Below, one piece after another: positions 15,226-24,642 of a stretch of DNA of 64,000 nt (within the stretch, counting starts at the first letter, position 1; each line of letters begins with the position of its first letter). The position numbers were made by a program, and so were the translations under genes. Source of the DNA: an uncultured Gammaproteobacteria bacterium (lineage in GTDB: Bacteria > Patescibacteriota > Microgenomatia > UBA1406); contig CAYPVH010000002.1 in NCBI GenBank assembly GCA_964414145.1, forward strand, positions 59,369-123,368. The letters run 5' to 3'. The notes beneath the pieces are model-generated. The model did no database searches, was not told the origin of the DNA, and saw only the letters and a list, made by a program, of their open reading frames with translations.

Positions 15226-15261
15226 AAAATAGTACAAGGGGCTTATTCTACACTTCCTTCA

Positions 15262-15483
15262 TTGAGCTACTACAAAGATAATATTATTGAGGAAGATGAG
15301 CTTTATATAAGGGAATTGATGGGTAGTTATTACATTAATAAAGACACAAAAGTAAGCTTAATGCAAAACCTTTATTTAAAAGAAAGCACAATTTGGGTAT
15401 TAACCGCCTCATACAGTAATAGCGAAATAGAAACAGAAATAAAAGGGGCCTTAAGCGAGATTCAAAAAAAGTACATCAAGTAA
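15262..15483 (+). CDS. Hypothetical 73-aa ORF, in frame with 14839..15225 (possible continuation)
   Basis: It has a TTG start with no SD or promoter. 15262-14839 = 423 (a multiple of 3), and only one stop codon separates the two ORFs. Confidence 0.35.
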   Translation: MSYYKDNIIEEDELYIRELMGSYYINKDTKVSLMQNLYLKESTIWVLTASYSNSEIETEIKGALSEIQKKYIK

Positions 15484-15487
15484 TTTT

Positions 15488-15763
15488 CTACTCTTCTTTT
15501 TCTACACTAATAGTGCATTCTTTAACCAGGGCGGCTATGGCGCCAACAGCGGCAAGAACAGGCACCAGCATTGTGCCAACTACCCCAACAGTTAAAGGGA
15601 ATTCCATTAAAGACTTACCTTCTTTATTTTTAATAATAATTTTTCGTACATTACCTTCTTTAACCACTTCTTTAATTTTTTTAACCAGGTTTTCACTATT
15701 TATAGTGTAGGAACTTACCTTTGTTTTGGTGGATTTCTTTTTTTCGGTAGTTTTTTTGCTCAT
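15488..15763 (-). CDS. Small membrane-associated protein, DUF4342-like
   Basis: 91 aa with a K-rich N-terminus, then KIIIKNKEGKSLMEFPLTVGVVGTMLVPVLAAVGAIAALVKECTISVEK, which resembles the DUF4342 pattern. Confidence 0.5.
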   Translation of the reverse strand: MSKKTTEKKKSTKTKVSSYTINSENLVKKIKEVVKEGNVRKIIIKNKEGKSLMEFPLTVGVVGTMLVPVLAAVGAIAALVKECTISVEKEE

Positions 15764-15816
15764 TTCTTTTCTTAAGAAAGATTTATGTTTTTTTGATATT
15801 TGTAATAATAGATTTA

Positions 15817-16254
15817 TTAACGAAACAAATCTAATAATTTTTTAAAATAAGTTGGGGATCGAAGTTTTTTCAAATACTGAGCCCATTCCTCTTCTGCTTT
15901 GTACTTCTTTTTTAATCTTTCGGTAGTTTTTTTCATTTCCTCTACTACTCTTTTTTCTTCATTATTGTCTAACCAATATCCGTGCATATTTTCACAGTAG
16001 TCAAGATGTAAATCATTAAGCCTATAATTGAAACCAACCATTTGCTTGTTACATTTTGGACATTTTAATCTAGATAATTTCTTATTCCACACTAAAGTTC
16101 CTTTTGATTCGTCATTACTGAGAACTGTGTCTTCTAATTGATCAAGCTCACTAAAGTCAAGCCATAAACCGCCACAGTTGGAACATTTGTCTACTATAAT
16201 ATCCTGATAAAGTTTACGGGTAAGACGCTCATGGTCACAATTTGGACATTTCAT
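15817..16254 (-). CDS. Double zinc-ribbon protein (TFIIB-type zf, two CxxC...CxxCGGxWLD units)
   Basis: From ATG 16254: MKCPNCDHERL...CSNCGGLWLDFSELDQL and CPKCNKQM...YCENMHGYWLDNNE. The track start at 16278 is a TTG extension. Confidence 0.6.
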   Translation of the reverse strand: MKCPNCDHERLTRKLYQDIIVDKCSNCGGLWLDFSELDQLEDTVLSNDESKGTLVWNKKLSRLKCPKCNKQMVGFNYRLNDLHLDYCENMHGYWLDNNEEKRVVEEMKKTTERLKKKYKAEEEWAQYLKKLRSPTYFKKLLDLFR

Positions 16255-16291
16255 GAAATTAATTTTAGCAGAAAGCAATATAAAAAACTAG

Positions 16292-16365
<74 letters not shown>

Positions 16366-16388
16366 AAACATAATTATCAATACCAAAA

Positions 16389-16394
16389 ATTATA
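16389..16394 (-). promoter_or_regulatory. Possible -10 box (TGcTATAAT, extended -10) for tRNA-Val
   Basis: The minus strand reads ctttgTGcTATAATttttgg about 24 nt upstream of the tRNA 5' end. Confidence 0.3.
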
Positions 16395-16429
16395 GCACAA
16401 AGAAGTGCAGACAGCCCATAAGTAATAAT

Positions 16430-17464
16430 TTAACTGTCTTTAAGTAAATTATGTGATATTCCCAAGAATATAAACAAAGAAAGAATGGTAGATCCCCCTG
16501 CAGATATTAACGGCAACGGAACGCCAACAACCGGCAATACTCTTAAATTCATACCGATGTTAAAAATAAAAGGAACTAAAATATAAGTCAGTAGGCCAAT
16601 AGTAAAATAAGTGTAAATTTTGTTGTCGGTGTTATTTCTAATACTGCTGATGATGTTAATGAACAAAATGGTAAAAATTGTAACAAATATTAATCCACCA
16701 ACAAAGCCAAACGACTCAACCAGGGCAGCAAAAACAAAATCGGTATTCGCCTCTGGTAAAAAACTTAATTTAGATTGAGTTGCACTTATTATTCCCTTAC
16801 CAAAAAAAGATCCAGAACCAATAGCAATTTCAGATTGTAGGGAATTGTAGTTTATTCCACTCAGGTCAAAATTAGGGTTTAAAAACGAAGTTAGTCGCTG
16901 AAGTTGATAAGGTTTTAAAACTTTAGGCAGATAAAGTAAAGCAGGTATAACAGGGATTAACAGAAAAACAAAAAATTTAAGGGAAGTTCCGGAATAATAA
17001 ATTATAGAACCAAGTGAAGCAGCCAACACAATAGCAGTTCCTAAATCAGGCTGTTTAAAGATTAAGAAAAAAGGAATCAGTATTAGTAATAAATACTTTA
17101 TTAGCTCAATAAATCTATTAATTGGCTTTTTCAAAAGCATGATGCTTAAGCTGAAAGTAAAAAAAGGGGCAAATAATACCGAAGGTTGAATTCCAAAACC
17201 AAAAATATAAAACCACCTTTTTGATCCTCTGGTAAAATCGGCAAAAAACAATAATACTAACAGTAAAAATACACCAAATACAGAAAACGCGTGGGCAAGT
17301 TTTATTAATGCGTGGCGATCAAGTTTGAGTATAAAATAGTAAACGCCTACCGATATTATTAAAAAAATAAAATGAACTATTGATTCGTTCATTCCAAATA
17401 ACGACTGGGTTAAAACGCCTATACTGCCAAGGATTAGTGCTAATACTAGTATTTTATTCTGCAC
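16430..17464 (-). CDS. rodA: SEDS-family peptidoglycan polymerase RodA
   Basis: 344 aa and polytopic. Signatures are QPDLGTAIV, LPEANTDFVFAALVESFGFVGG and GVPLPLISAGGST. This is a second SEDS gene besides ftsW. Confidence 0.8.
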   Translation of the reverse strand: MQNKILVLALILGSIGVLTQSLFGMNESIVHFIFLIISVGVYYFILKLDRHALIKLAHAFSVFGVFLLLVLLFFADFTRGSKRWFYIFGFGIQPSVLFAPFFTFSLSIMLLKKPINRFIELIKYLLLILIPFFLIFKQPDLGTAIVLAASLGSIIYYSGTSLKFFVFLLIPVIPALLYLPKVLKPYQLQRLTSFLNPNFDLSGINYNSLQSEIAIGSGSFFGKGIISATQSKLSFLPEANTDFVFAALVESFGFVGGLIFVTIFTILFINIISSIRNNTDNKIYTYFTIGLLTYILVPFIFNIGMNLRVLPVVGVPLPLISAGGSTILSLFIFLGISHNLLKDS

Positions 17465-20400
17465 GGTTTACTTCAATAGAGTCTGTACTAATAAAATCGG
17501 CATCTTTGGCTAATACTTTTTGCATTAGTTCTTTTCGATATTTACTTGGAATATTTGGTACTTTTATATTAATCATGTCAGTTACCGAACAGCCAATTTT
17601 TTTTCGTTTACGTTGAATAACGCGAATCATGTCTCTAACCTTACCTTCCCACTTTAACTCTGGTGTTAAAATAGTGTCTAGTGAAACAGATGTTTTACTG
17701 CCTTTTTTTATAACAACTCTTTTTATATTAAGTTCACCGGCTAATAATTTCTCATATTCGGGTAAATTATCTATAAGTTTCGGGTATTTTTCAGCGTCAA
17801 GTGTAAATATGATTTCAGCTAAAGGTTGCCTTACTTTTATTTGCTCTTTCTTTCTTTCAGAATGACCCATTTCTGCTGCTTCTCTAATTTTTTCTATATC
17901 TTTGTTCAGGGCTTGATTTTGTTTTTTGGTGTTTAAATTCAGCGGCCAGCTATCTAGGTGTACAGAATCATATTTGGTTTCTAGAAAAGAATATATTTCT
18001 TCACTAAAAAAAGGTAAAAAAGGTGAAAGAATAACAATGATATTGTATAAACAATAATAAAGAGTATTGTAAAAATATGATTTATCTTCTTCAGAGCTAC
18101 TATTATTCCAAACTCTGTTTCTTGATAACCTAATGTACCAAGTAGACAAGTCATCAACAAAACGCTCAATTTCGAGTGAAGCAAGATGTGGTTTAAAGGT
18201 TTTTAAGGCTTTTTTAACAGTTTCTTTTGTTTCAAAAAGTCTTGAAATAATCCACTCGTCAAGTAGGGGTAGATTATTGGGATTATCTAACTTCGATAGA
18301 GTATAATTTTCAACTTTCCATTTATCTAATTGCGAGTATGTTAGGAAAAATTTTAATATATTCCAGAGCGGTATATGAAAAGACCGCTTTATTTCTTCGG
18401 CTTTGTTATATCCAAAAAGCAGATTTCTTTTTGGATCTTGTTTAAGGTATAACCACCTCATAACATCAACGCCAATTTTATCGGCACCCTCGTTAAACTC
18501 AATCATGTTACCCGTTGACTTATGCATTGGGTTTCCTTTCTCATCAAGTAAAGTTGCAAAACCGAGTACGGTTTTAAATGGGTTTGTTTGTTCCAAAACA
18601 GTTGCCATGGCAATTAATGAGTAAAACCAATTCTTGAACTGACCGGGAAAACTTTCGGTGATAAAGTCTGCCGGAAACCATTTTTGCCAATGTTCTTTAT
18701 TAGTTAAATAGCTTACTTTACCAGTTTTTGGGTCTTTGATAGTTGAGAAGGGAACAATTCCGGCATCGAGCCATGGGTTTCCTACATCACTAATTCGTTC
18801 AGCAGCGCCTTTGCAGTGGGGGCATTTGATTTTAACCAAATCAATCCAGGGTTTGTGGGGTGAGTGCCCCTCAAATTCCTTCCACCCTGCTACTGCGGCT
18901 TTTTCAAGCTCTTCTTTGCTTTCAATTACGGTAAAATTTTTGCACTGACTACATTCGTAAATAGGTAAGGCTAAACCCCAGTAACGATTTTTTTTACTGA
19001 TTAACCAGTCGTGCATGTTGGTTAACCAATCAAGTTCTCTTTCTAAGCCAAACTTAGGAATCCAGTTAATCTCTTTGGTTGTGCTGATCATCATTTCTCT
19101 AAGTGTTTTGGTTCTTTTTTGGTTCTTGTTGCTTTTTGTGCCAAACTTGGTTTTAGATTTTTTGTCCATGGCAATGTACCACTCATCTGCTACCTTCCAA
19201 ACCAGTTCTGTTTTACAACGCCAACAACCCGGGTACCGATGTTTATAAGGCTCAATCTTAAAAACCCAGTCAACCCCCGGCTTCTGATCTTCTTTAACTA
19301 AATAATCAAGTATAATTCTAGGATCATTTTTGGCGTTTTTACCGGTTAAAAAACCTAAACCATCAAGGTAGCTGGCGTTGTCGCTAATTACCGGAATCAT
19401 TGGTAGTCCATGCAACTTCCCTAATTTAAAGTCTTCAACACCAGCGCTTACGGCTGTATGTATAAGTCCGGTCCCTTCTGCAGTGGAAACGGGAAGTATA
19501 TTAGAGTCAGTTGCTATTACAATGTGAAATTTACTAGGATACAGTTGTGAAACGTCTTTTACTGCCGGTAAAAAATCAAATGGGGCAGAATATTTTAATC
19601 CAACAAGTTCATTACCCTTAATTGTTTGAATAATTTTTTTATACTCTTTGCCAAAGACTCTTGAAACTGCTTCGGTTGCAACCCAGTATTTTTTTCCGGT
19701 AGTTCCTTCTACCAAGGAATAAGACATATCTTTATCAACTGCAACGGCAATATTTGCAGGAATGGTCCAGGGGGTAGTGGTCCATACAAGTAACGATTCA
19801 TCTTTCCTGTCTAATATGGGTAGCTCCAGGTATATTGATTCATGTGTTACTTCTTTATAATCTTCGGTTAGCATTTCGTGTTGTGAAATAGCTGTTTCAC
19901 ACCTTGGGCACCAAGGAACAGATTCTCTACCTTTATATATCCAACCTTCTTTGTAACAAGTGTGCAGAAAGTACCAAATCATATAATTATTATCATCCGA
20001 CATAGTGTAGTAGGAATTATCCCAATCCATAAAGTAACCAAGGCGTTTACTCTGTTGAGTTTGAATTTTTGAAAATTTTTCAACGCGATCTTTACAGAGT
20101 TGAACGAATTTATCGATCGATGCAATTTTATTATTGGGCACCAAGTTTTCAATATCTTTTTTAGATTTTAGTTTAAGTTCTTTTTCCACCTCAACTTCCA
20201 CCCATAAGCCTTGGCAGTCAAACCCATTTTGAAACCGTTGTTTAAACCCTTGCAAATTATGAAATTTTTGCCATAAGTCCTTGTAGCTTCTGCCCCAACC
20301 GTGATGAACTCCCATTGGGTTGTTTGCAGTAATTGGGCCATCAATAAAAGAAAAATTTTTTGTGCTGTTTTGATTTTTCTTTAAGTATTTGTTAACTATT

Positions 20401-20477
20401 TTGTTTTTTTCCCAATAATCAAGCCACTTTTTTTCCAATAATGGAAAATCGGGAACTGTTGGTAGTGACTTGTTCAT
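17454..20477 (-). CDS. ileS: Isoleucyl-tRNA synthetase
   Basis: From ATG 20477: MNKSLPTVPDFPLLEKKWLDYW. It has a HIGH-type motif (PMGVHHGWGR), a KMSKS-type motif (MHKSTGN), and CP1 editing-region similarity. The track start at 20570 would overlap ftsZ. Confidence 0.9.
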   Translation of the reverse strand: MNKSLPTVPDFPLLEKKWLDYWEKNKIVNKYLKKNQNSTKNFSFIDGPITANNPMGVHHGWGRSYKDLWQKFHNLQGFKQRFQNGFDCQGLWVEVEVEKELKLKSKKDIENLVPNNKIASIDKFVQLCKDRVEKFSKIQTQQSKRLGYFMDWDNSYYTMSDDNNYMIWYFLHTCYKEGWIYKGRESVPWCPRCETAISQHEMLTEDYKEVTHESIYLELPILDRKDESLLVWTTTPWTIPANIAVAVDKDMSYSLVEGTTGKKYWVATEAVSRVFGKEYKKIIQTIKGNELVGLKYSAPFDFLPAVKDVSQLYPSKFHIVIATDSNILPVSTAEGTGLIHTAVSAGVEDFKLGKLHGLPMIPVISDNASYLDGLGFLTGKNAKNDPRIILDYLVKEDQKPGVDWVFKIEPYKHRYPGCWRCKTELVWKVADEWYIAMDKKSKTKFGTKSNKNQKRTKTLREMMISTTKEINWIPKFGLERELDWLTNMHDWLISKKNRYWGLALPIYECSQCKNFTVIESKEELEKAAVAGWKEFEGHSPHKPWIDLVKIKCPHCKGAAERISDVGNPWLDAGIVPFSTIKDPKTGKVSYLTNKEHWQKWFPADFITESFPGQFKNWFYSLIAMATVLEQTNPFKTVLGFATLLDEKGNPMHKSTGNMIEFNEGADKIGVDVMRWLYLKQDPKRNLLFGYNKAEEIKRSFHIPLWNILKFFLTYSQLDKWKVENYTLSKLDNPNNLPLLDEWIISRLFETKETVKKALKTFKPHLASLEIERFVDDLSTWYIRLSRNRVWNNSSSEEDKSYFYNTLYYCLYNIIVILSPFLPFFSEEIYSFLETKYDSVHLDSWPLNLNTKKQNQALNKDIEKIREAAEMGHSERKKEQIKVRQPLAEIIFTLDAEKYPKLIDNLPEYEKLLAGELNIKRVVIKKGSKTSVSLDTILTPELKWEGKVRDMIRVIQRKRKKIGCSVTDMINIKVPNIPSKYRKELMQKVLAKDADFISTDSIEVNRAE

Positions 20478-20496
20478 AGGGAGTATTATACAATAA

Positions 20497-21558
20497 CTAG
20501 CCACTTTTTTTGCGTAAGAAAGCTGGAATTTCAAGCTCGTCGAGTTGTTCTTCGTTCTTGAAAGTAACAACCTGTTCTTTAGCAGCTTCGATCTTTTTAT
20601 TTTTTATATCGTTAAAACGGGTGGCTACTAACGTAACCTTTATTTCGTCGTGCATTTCCGGATCAATGGCAGCGCCAAATATTACCTGTGCATTTGGATC
20701 GGCATTTTGAGTTATAAGTTCGGCAATTTCATTAACTTCTTGCATTTCCAGGTTTTCTCCACCAACAATATTAAATAGAATACCTTTGGAACCATCTATC
20801 GAAAATTCAAGCAGTGGCGATATCATTGATTGTTTTACAGCCTGCATTGCTCGTCTTTCACCAGTCCCTACACCAATACCCATAATTGCAGTTCCGGCGC
20901 TTTGCATTATAGTTTTAACATCGGCAAAATCAACATTTATTAAGCCGGGTAAGGTAATAATTTCGGATAAGCCTTTTACTCCTTGAGTAAGTACGGTGTC
21001 AACTTCTCTGAAGGCATCCAGAAGTGTAAGTTTTTTTTCACCAATATCAAGTATTTTTTGATTAGGAATTGTAATTAAAGCGTCGACTTTTTCTTTAAGT
21101 GCTTTTATGCCGTCGTTTGCCACAAGCATGCGCTTACCGCCTTCAAAGTTAAATGGCTTTGTTATAACTGCAATAGTTAGGGCACCGGTTTGTTTGGCAA
21201 CTTCGGCAACAATAGGAGCAGCACCGGTACCAGTACCACCACCCTCACCACAAGTAATAAATACAAGATCGGCTCCTTCAATATACTCACTTATTTTTTC
21301 TCTTGATTCTTCAGCCGCTTGTTTACCAACCTCAGGATCACCACCTGCTCCTAAACCCTTGGTTATCTTATCACCAATCTGTAGTTTTGAATTAGCTCTA
21401 TTGGTAAGTAGTGCCTGTGCATCTGTGTTAATTGCTAAAAAATCAACTCCTTCAATTTTTTCCGAGTTGATCATAGCAGAAACTGCATTACAGCCACCAC
21501 CGCCAACACCAACTAACTTAATTTTGGCCACTTTTTTAGCGTCGGGTTTAATTAACAT
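20497..21558 (-). CDS. ftsZ: Cell division GTPase FtsZ
   Basis: IKLVGVGGGGCNAV, and GGGTGTGAAPIVAE (tubulin signature GGGTGTG). Confidence 0.97.
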   Translation of the reverse strand: MLIKPDAKKVAKIKLVGVGGGGCNAVSAMINSEKIEGVDFLAINTDAQALLTNRANSKLQIGDKITKGLGAGGDPEVGKQAAEESREKISEYIEGADLVFITCGEGGGTGTGAAPIVAEVAKQTGALTIAVITKPFNFEGGKRMLVANDGIKALKEKVDALITIPNQKILDIGEKKLTLLDAFREVDTVLTQGVKGLSEIITLPGLINVDFADVKTIMQSAGTAIMGIGVGTGERRAMQAVKQSMISPLLEFSIDGSKGILFNIVGGENLEMQEVNEIAELITQNADPNAQVIFGAAIDPEMHDEIKVTLVATRFNDIKNKKIEAAKEQVVTFKNEEQLDELEIPAFLRKKSG

Positions 21559-21561
21559 AAT

Positions 21562-22878
21562 TTACTTTGCTCCGGGAATAAAACTTTTAAAAAAGTCCAT
21601 TGCTTTTTGCAGGCTTTCTTTTACTTCAATTTTTTTAAACATTTGTGATATATCGGGAATTGAATTAGCTCTGGTTGTGTGAACATAGTTATTTGAATAT
21701 AAGAGTGCGCCAACAAGAGCAGCATAACTGGGTTCTTTAAGTTCGTCGGCTATTCCCTCAAGTTCTTTCGGATACCCAGTACGAATAGATAAGTTAAGGG
21801 ACGAGCGTAAAGTTTTGGTTATATAGGGCGTTAGAGCGCCACCACCGGTAATAATAACACCGGAAGGTATTTGATCTTTTAAACCGGCATTATTTATTTC
21901 TTTTTCTATGTATTCGGCAATTTCTTCTAATCTTGGTCTGATTATTCCGTCAACTAATATTTTCTTGGAAACGCTACCGGTATCTTCGTTTAAGTGAAGT
22001 GAGCTAATATCTAACTCGTCATGGCTAAATTTTAATTCATCTGTTTTTTTGGTTACACGAACACTACTTCCTCCGACAACTTTGTCTTTATTACCTGCCG
22101 ACAAGAATAACTTAATTTTATCAGCCGAAGGAAGCGAAACTCTAAGGCCGGCAGCAATATCTGAGGTAACATTTTTGGAGCCCAGTGGAATAACGGCAGA
22201 ATGAACAACTGAATTATCAACAAAAAAACTAACATCACTTGTACCAGCCCCAATATCAACCAAAACACAACCAAGTTCTTTTTCTGTTTCGGTTAAAACC
22301 GACTCAGAAGAAGCCAAACCTGAAAAAACAAAGCTATCAACTTGAACCCCAAGTAAGTTACACACTTTTCTAATGTTATTAAGGTTAATTGCACTTGCCG
22401 AAATAATATGAGTATCTACTTCAAGCCTAATTCCCGCCATACCCACAGGATTTTTTATATTTGTTTGGCCATCAACTATAAACTGCTGCGGTAGAACGTG
22501 AATAATTTCCCTATTGCCACCCAGAGATATGGCTTTAGCTGATTCAATTACTCTTGCCACATCTTCTTCGGTAATATCTTGATTTTGGTAAGTAACGGCA
22601 ACAATGCCGTGAGAGGTTTGAGCGGCAATGTTTGGTCCGCTGGTAATTAAGATTGCACTGTTAACTCTTGTACCTGCCATTCTCTCAGCTTGAGACAAGC
22701 ATTCTTCTAAAGATTTTGTTGCTTCTTGAATATCAACCACTTGCGCTCTCTTTATTCCTCTTGATTTACTTGAGGCAAATCCCAGAATTCTAATTTTGGG
22801 TTGTGGGCTGTCGTCAAGAGTAGCTATAGCGCAGGCTACTTTGTCGGAACCAAGTTCAATTGCTGTTATTGTATTCAT
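21562..22878 (-). CDS. ftsA: Cell division protein FtsA (actin-like ATPase)
   Basis: 438 aa with AIELGSDKVACAI, VDIGAGTSDVSFF and IITGGGALTP motifs. It lies immediately upstream of ftsZ. Confidence 0.9.
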   Translation of the reverse strand: MNTITAIELGSDKVACAIATLDDSPQPKIRILGFASSKSRGIKRAQVVDIQEATKSLEECLSQAERMAGTRVNSAILITSGPNIAAQTSHGIVAVTYQNQDITEEDVARVIESAKAISLGGNREIIHVLPQQFIVDGQTNIKNPVGMAGIRLEVDTHIISASAINLNNIRKVCNLLGVQVDSFVFSGLASSESVLTETEKELGCVLVDIGAGTSDVSFFVDNSVVHSAVIPLGSKNVTSDIAAGLRVSLPSADKIKLFLSAGNKDKVVGGSSVRVTKKTDELKFSHDELDISSLHLNEDTGSVSKKILVDGIIRPRLEEIAEYIEKEINNAGLKDQIPSGVIITGGGALTPYITKTLRSSLNLSIRTGYPKELEGIADELKEPSYAALVGALLYSNNYVHTTRANSIPDISQMFKKIEVKESLQKAMDFFKSFIPGAK

Positions 22879-23606
22879 AAGGTAAAACTAGGTATATCAA
22901 ATAATAAATTTATCTCGTTCGGCTTAATCCCTTTAATATCAAAAGACTTTAATATATTGTGCAAAATAATAGCATTTTTATCAATCTGTTTTCTAGTCGA
23001 TAAAGTAATTCTAGGCAAATCTTCATTTTCAACTATTTGAAGCTGATTATTTTTGTTTATATTTATGGTGCTAAACTTAATAGGGAACTGTTTTTTTTTG
23101 GAAATTAGCTTTAGCGCGTAATTTATTTCTTGCTGCTTTAAATATACACCTGGTTTAGTTTCGTATTCGCGCAGTACTTGAAAATACTTAATTGTTGGTA
23201 TAAACGGGGTTTCTTTTTGCCTTTGCTTAATAATTTTGCCATCCTTGCTTAACATAATATAGTTACCATTATTCAATAGTTGTGCTACAACTTTTTCTAC
23301 TTCTATTGAAATATGTAGCCTATCTGGAAATACTTTTTTAATTTTAATAGATCTGTAATGAGGATAGTTGGCTAATATTGTTTGCTGTACTTCATTTAGG
23401 TTAAGCAATAAAATATTATTAAAGAGCAACTTTTCTTGTATTGAGTTTTTTAAGGGTAAATTACTTTCAATTTTTTTAACTCTGAAAACTACAGAAAAAC
23501 CGATTCCCAAAAAAAAGCAGATTAAAGCAATAAATATAAAAATAATTATAAACTTAAGCGAATGTTTTTTCGACAAATTCTCTTGGTTGTTGAATAAGTT
23601 TTTCAT
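22875..23606 (-). CDS. ftsQ: Cell division protein FtsQ/DivIB (TM + POTRA)
   Basis: 243 aa with an N-terminal TM (FIIIFIFIALICFFLGIGF) and a POTRA-like region (IKIKKVFPDRLHISIEVEKVVAQL). It sits between murG and ftsA. The start overlaps murG by 53 nt and may be mis-set. Confidence 0.7.
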   Translation of the reverse strand: MKNLFNNQENLSKKHSLKFIIIFIFIALICFFLGIGFSVVFRVKKIESNLPLKNSIQEKLLFNNILLLNLNEVQQTILANYPHYRSIKIKKVFPDRLHISIEVEKVVAQLLNNGNYIMLSKDGKIIKQRQKETPFIPTIKYFQVLREYETKPGVYLKQQEINYALKLISKKKQFPIKFSTININKNNQLQIVENEDLPRITLSTRKQIDKNAIILHNILKSFDIKGIKPNEINLLFDIPSFTL

Positions 23607-24642
23607 ACATTTGTAAATTGCTAAATCTTTTAGTTATCTGATTACGGTTCTTATAAATTTCGTCAACTAAAAGCGGTAGTTCATAAGCATTTCTACTCTG
23701 ATCAAATATTTTAGCAACTTTGTGGTTTTCAAGAATTCTGGCTTGTAGTAATTGTTCGTTTTCTGCTGACCAGGGAAGTGGAATTAAAATACTGGGTTTT
23801 TTAAAATAAATCAGTTCAAAGAAAGTATTGGCGCCCGACCTGGAAATAACAACAGAGGCTTTATTAAGAAGATATGCTATTTCACCGGGGAATATAAATC
23901 GTACCGGCATATAGTTACTTATCTTTTCCTTTTGGGCCGTACTAAAGTCATTAAACTTATTGTCTCCGGTCTGATGTATTACGTGGTATTTGGTGGTAAG
24001 TTTTACTATATTCTTACTTATTATTTTGTTAATGCTGTGCGAACCACTGCTGCCACCAAGAACCAGTATTAGGGGTTTATTGCTATTAACATACCAAGTA
24101 GGTTTTATATCTTTTTGAAGTATATTTTTTCGTATTGGAATTCCCACAATTTTAGTATTATTTTTTGGGAATAATTTCTTTGACTCTGGAAATGTTACAA
24201 AAATTTTGTTGGCAAATTTGGCAATTAGCCGATTAGCTATGCCTGGATAGATAGTTTGTTCATGAAGATATATTGGTATTTTGAAAATTCGGGCTGCTGT
24301 GCAAACCGGAACTGAAACATAACCCCCAAATGAAAATATCAGGTCTGGTTTTTCAACAGTAATTATCCGAACCGATGAAATTATACTTATCACAACTTTA
24401 AATAATTCTAAAACTGCAGATAGTGAGAATTGGCGAATTAATCTACCCGTGTTTAATGTGTAAAATTTAATATTATTTTTTGCAGACATTACCCGATACT
24501 CCAAACTACTGTCTGCTTGTTCTTTGAAAGCACTTTTGCGACCAACAAATACAACATCTATATTTTGGTTAATAAGCTCGTCGGCTAAAGCTAAACTTGG
24601 TGAAAAGTGCCCACCGGTTACTAGTATTTTCTTATATTTCAC
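23554..24642 (-). CDS. murG: UDP-GlcNAc:lipid I GlcNAc transferase MurG
   Basis: ILVTGGHFSPSLALADEL, LVLGGSSGSHSIN and SRSGANTFFEL match the MurG GT28 N- and C-terminal domain patterns. Confidence 0.88.
   Translation of the reverse strand: MKYKKILVTGGHFSPSLALADELINQNIDVVFVGRKSAFKEQADSSLEYRVMSAKNNIKFYTLNTGRLIRQFSLSAVLELFKVVISIISSVRIITVEKPDLIFSFGGYVSVPVCTAARIFKIPIYLHEQTIYPGIANRLIAKFANKIFVTFPESKKLFPKNNTKIVGIPIRKNILQKDIKPTWYVNSNKPLILVLGGSSGSHSINKIISKNIVKLTTKYHVIHQTGDNKFNDFSTAQKEKISNYMPVRFIFPGEIAYLLNKASVVISRSGANTFFELIYFKKPSILIPLPWSAENEQLLQARILENHKVAKIFDQSRNAYELPLLVDEIYKNRNQITKRFSNLQMYEKLIQQPREFVEKTFA

Noticed and set aside
20478-20496. T-box leader upstream of ileS
   Set aside because: Only 19 nt separate the ftsZ stop from the ileS ATG, so there is no room for a T-box riboswitch.
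20478-20570. Long N-terminal extensions in the ORF track, e.g. ileS from 20570. The others are 12854, 13512, 16278, 28559, 30755, 43725, 50207, 50904 and 61727
   Set aside because: They begin at TTG or GTG or overlap the upstream gene, run through promoter hexamers, and add non-conserved residues before a well-placed ATG that matches the family N-terminus. The shorter starts were used.
21107-21682. 191-aa ORF on the plus strand across the ftsZ/ftsA junction, plus similar 60-80-aa ORFs at 20510, 20786 and 22053
   Set aside because: It is antisense to strongly conserved ftsZ/ftsA. Its low-complexity P/S/A-rich product is what the reverse of Gly/Ala/Thr-rich coding sequence produces. There is no start context. 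This is a shadow ORF.
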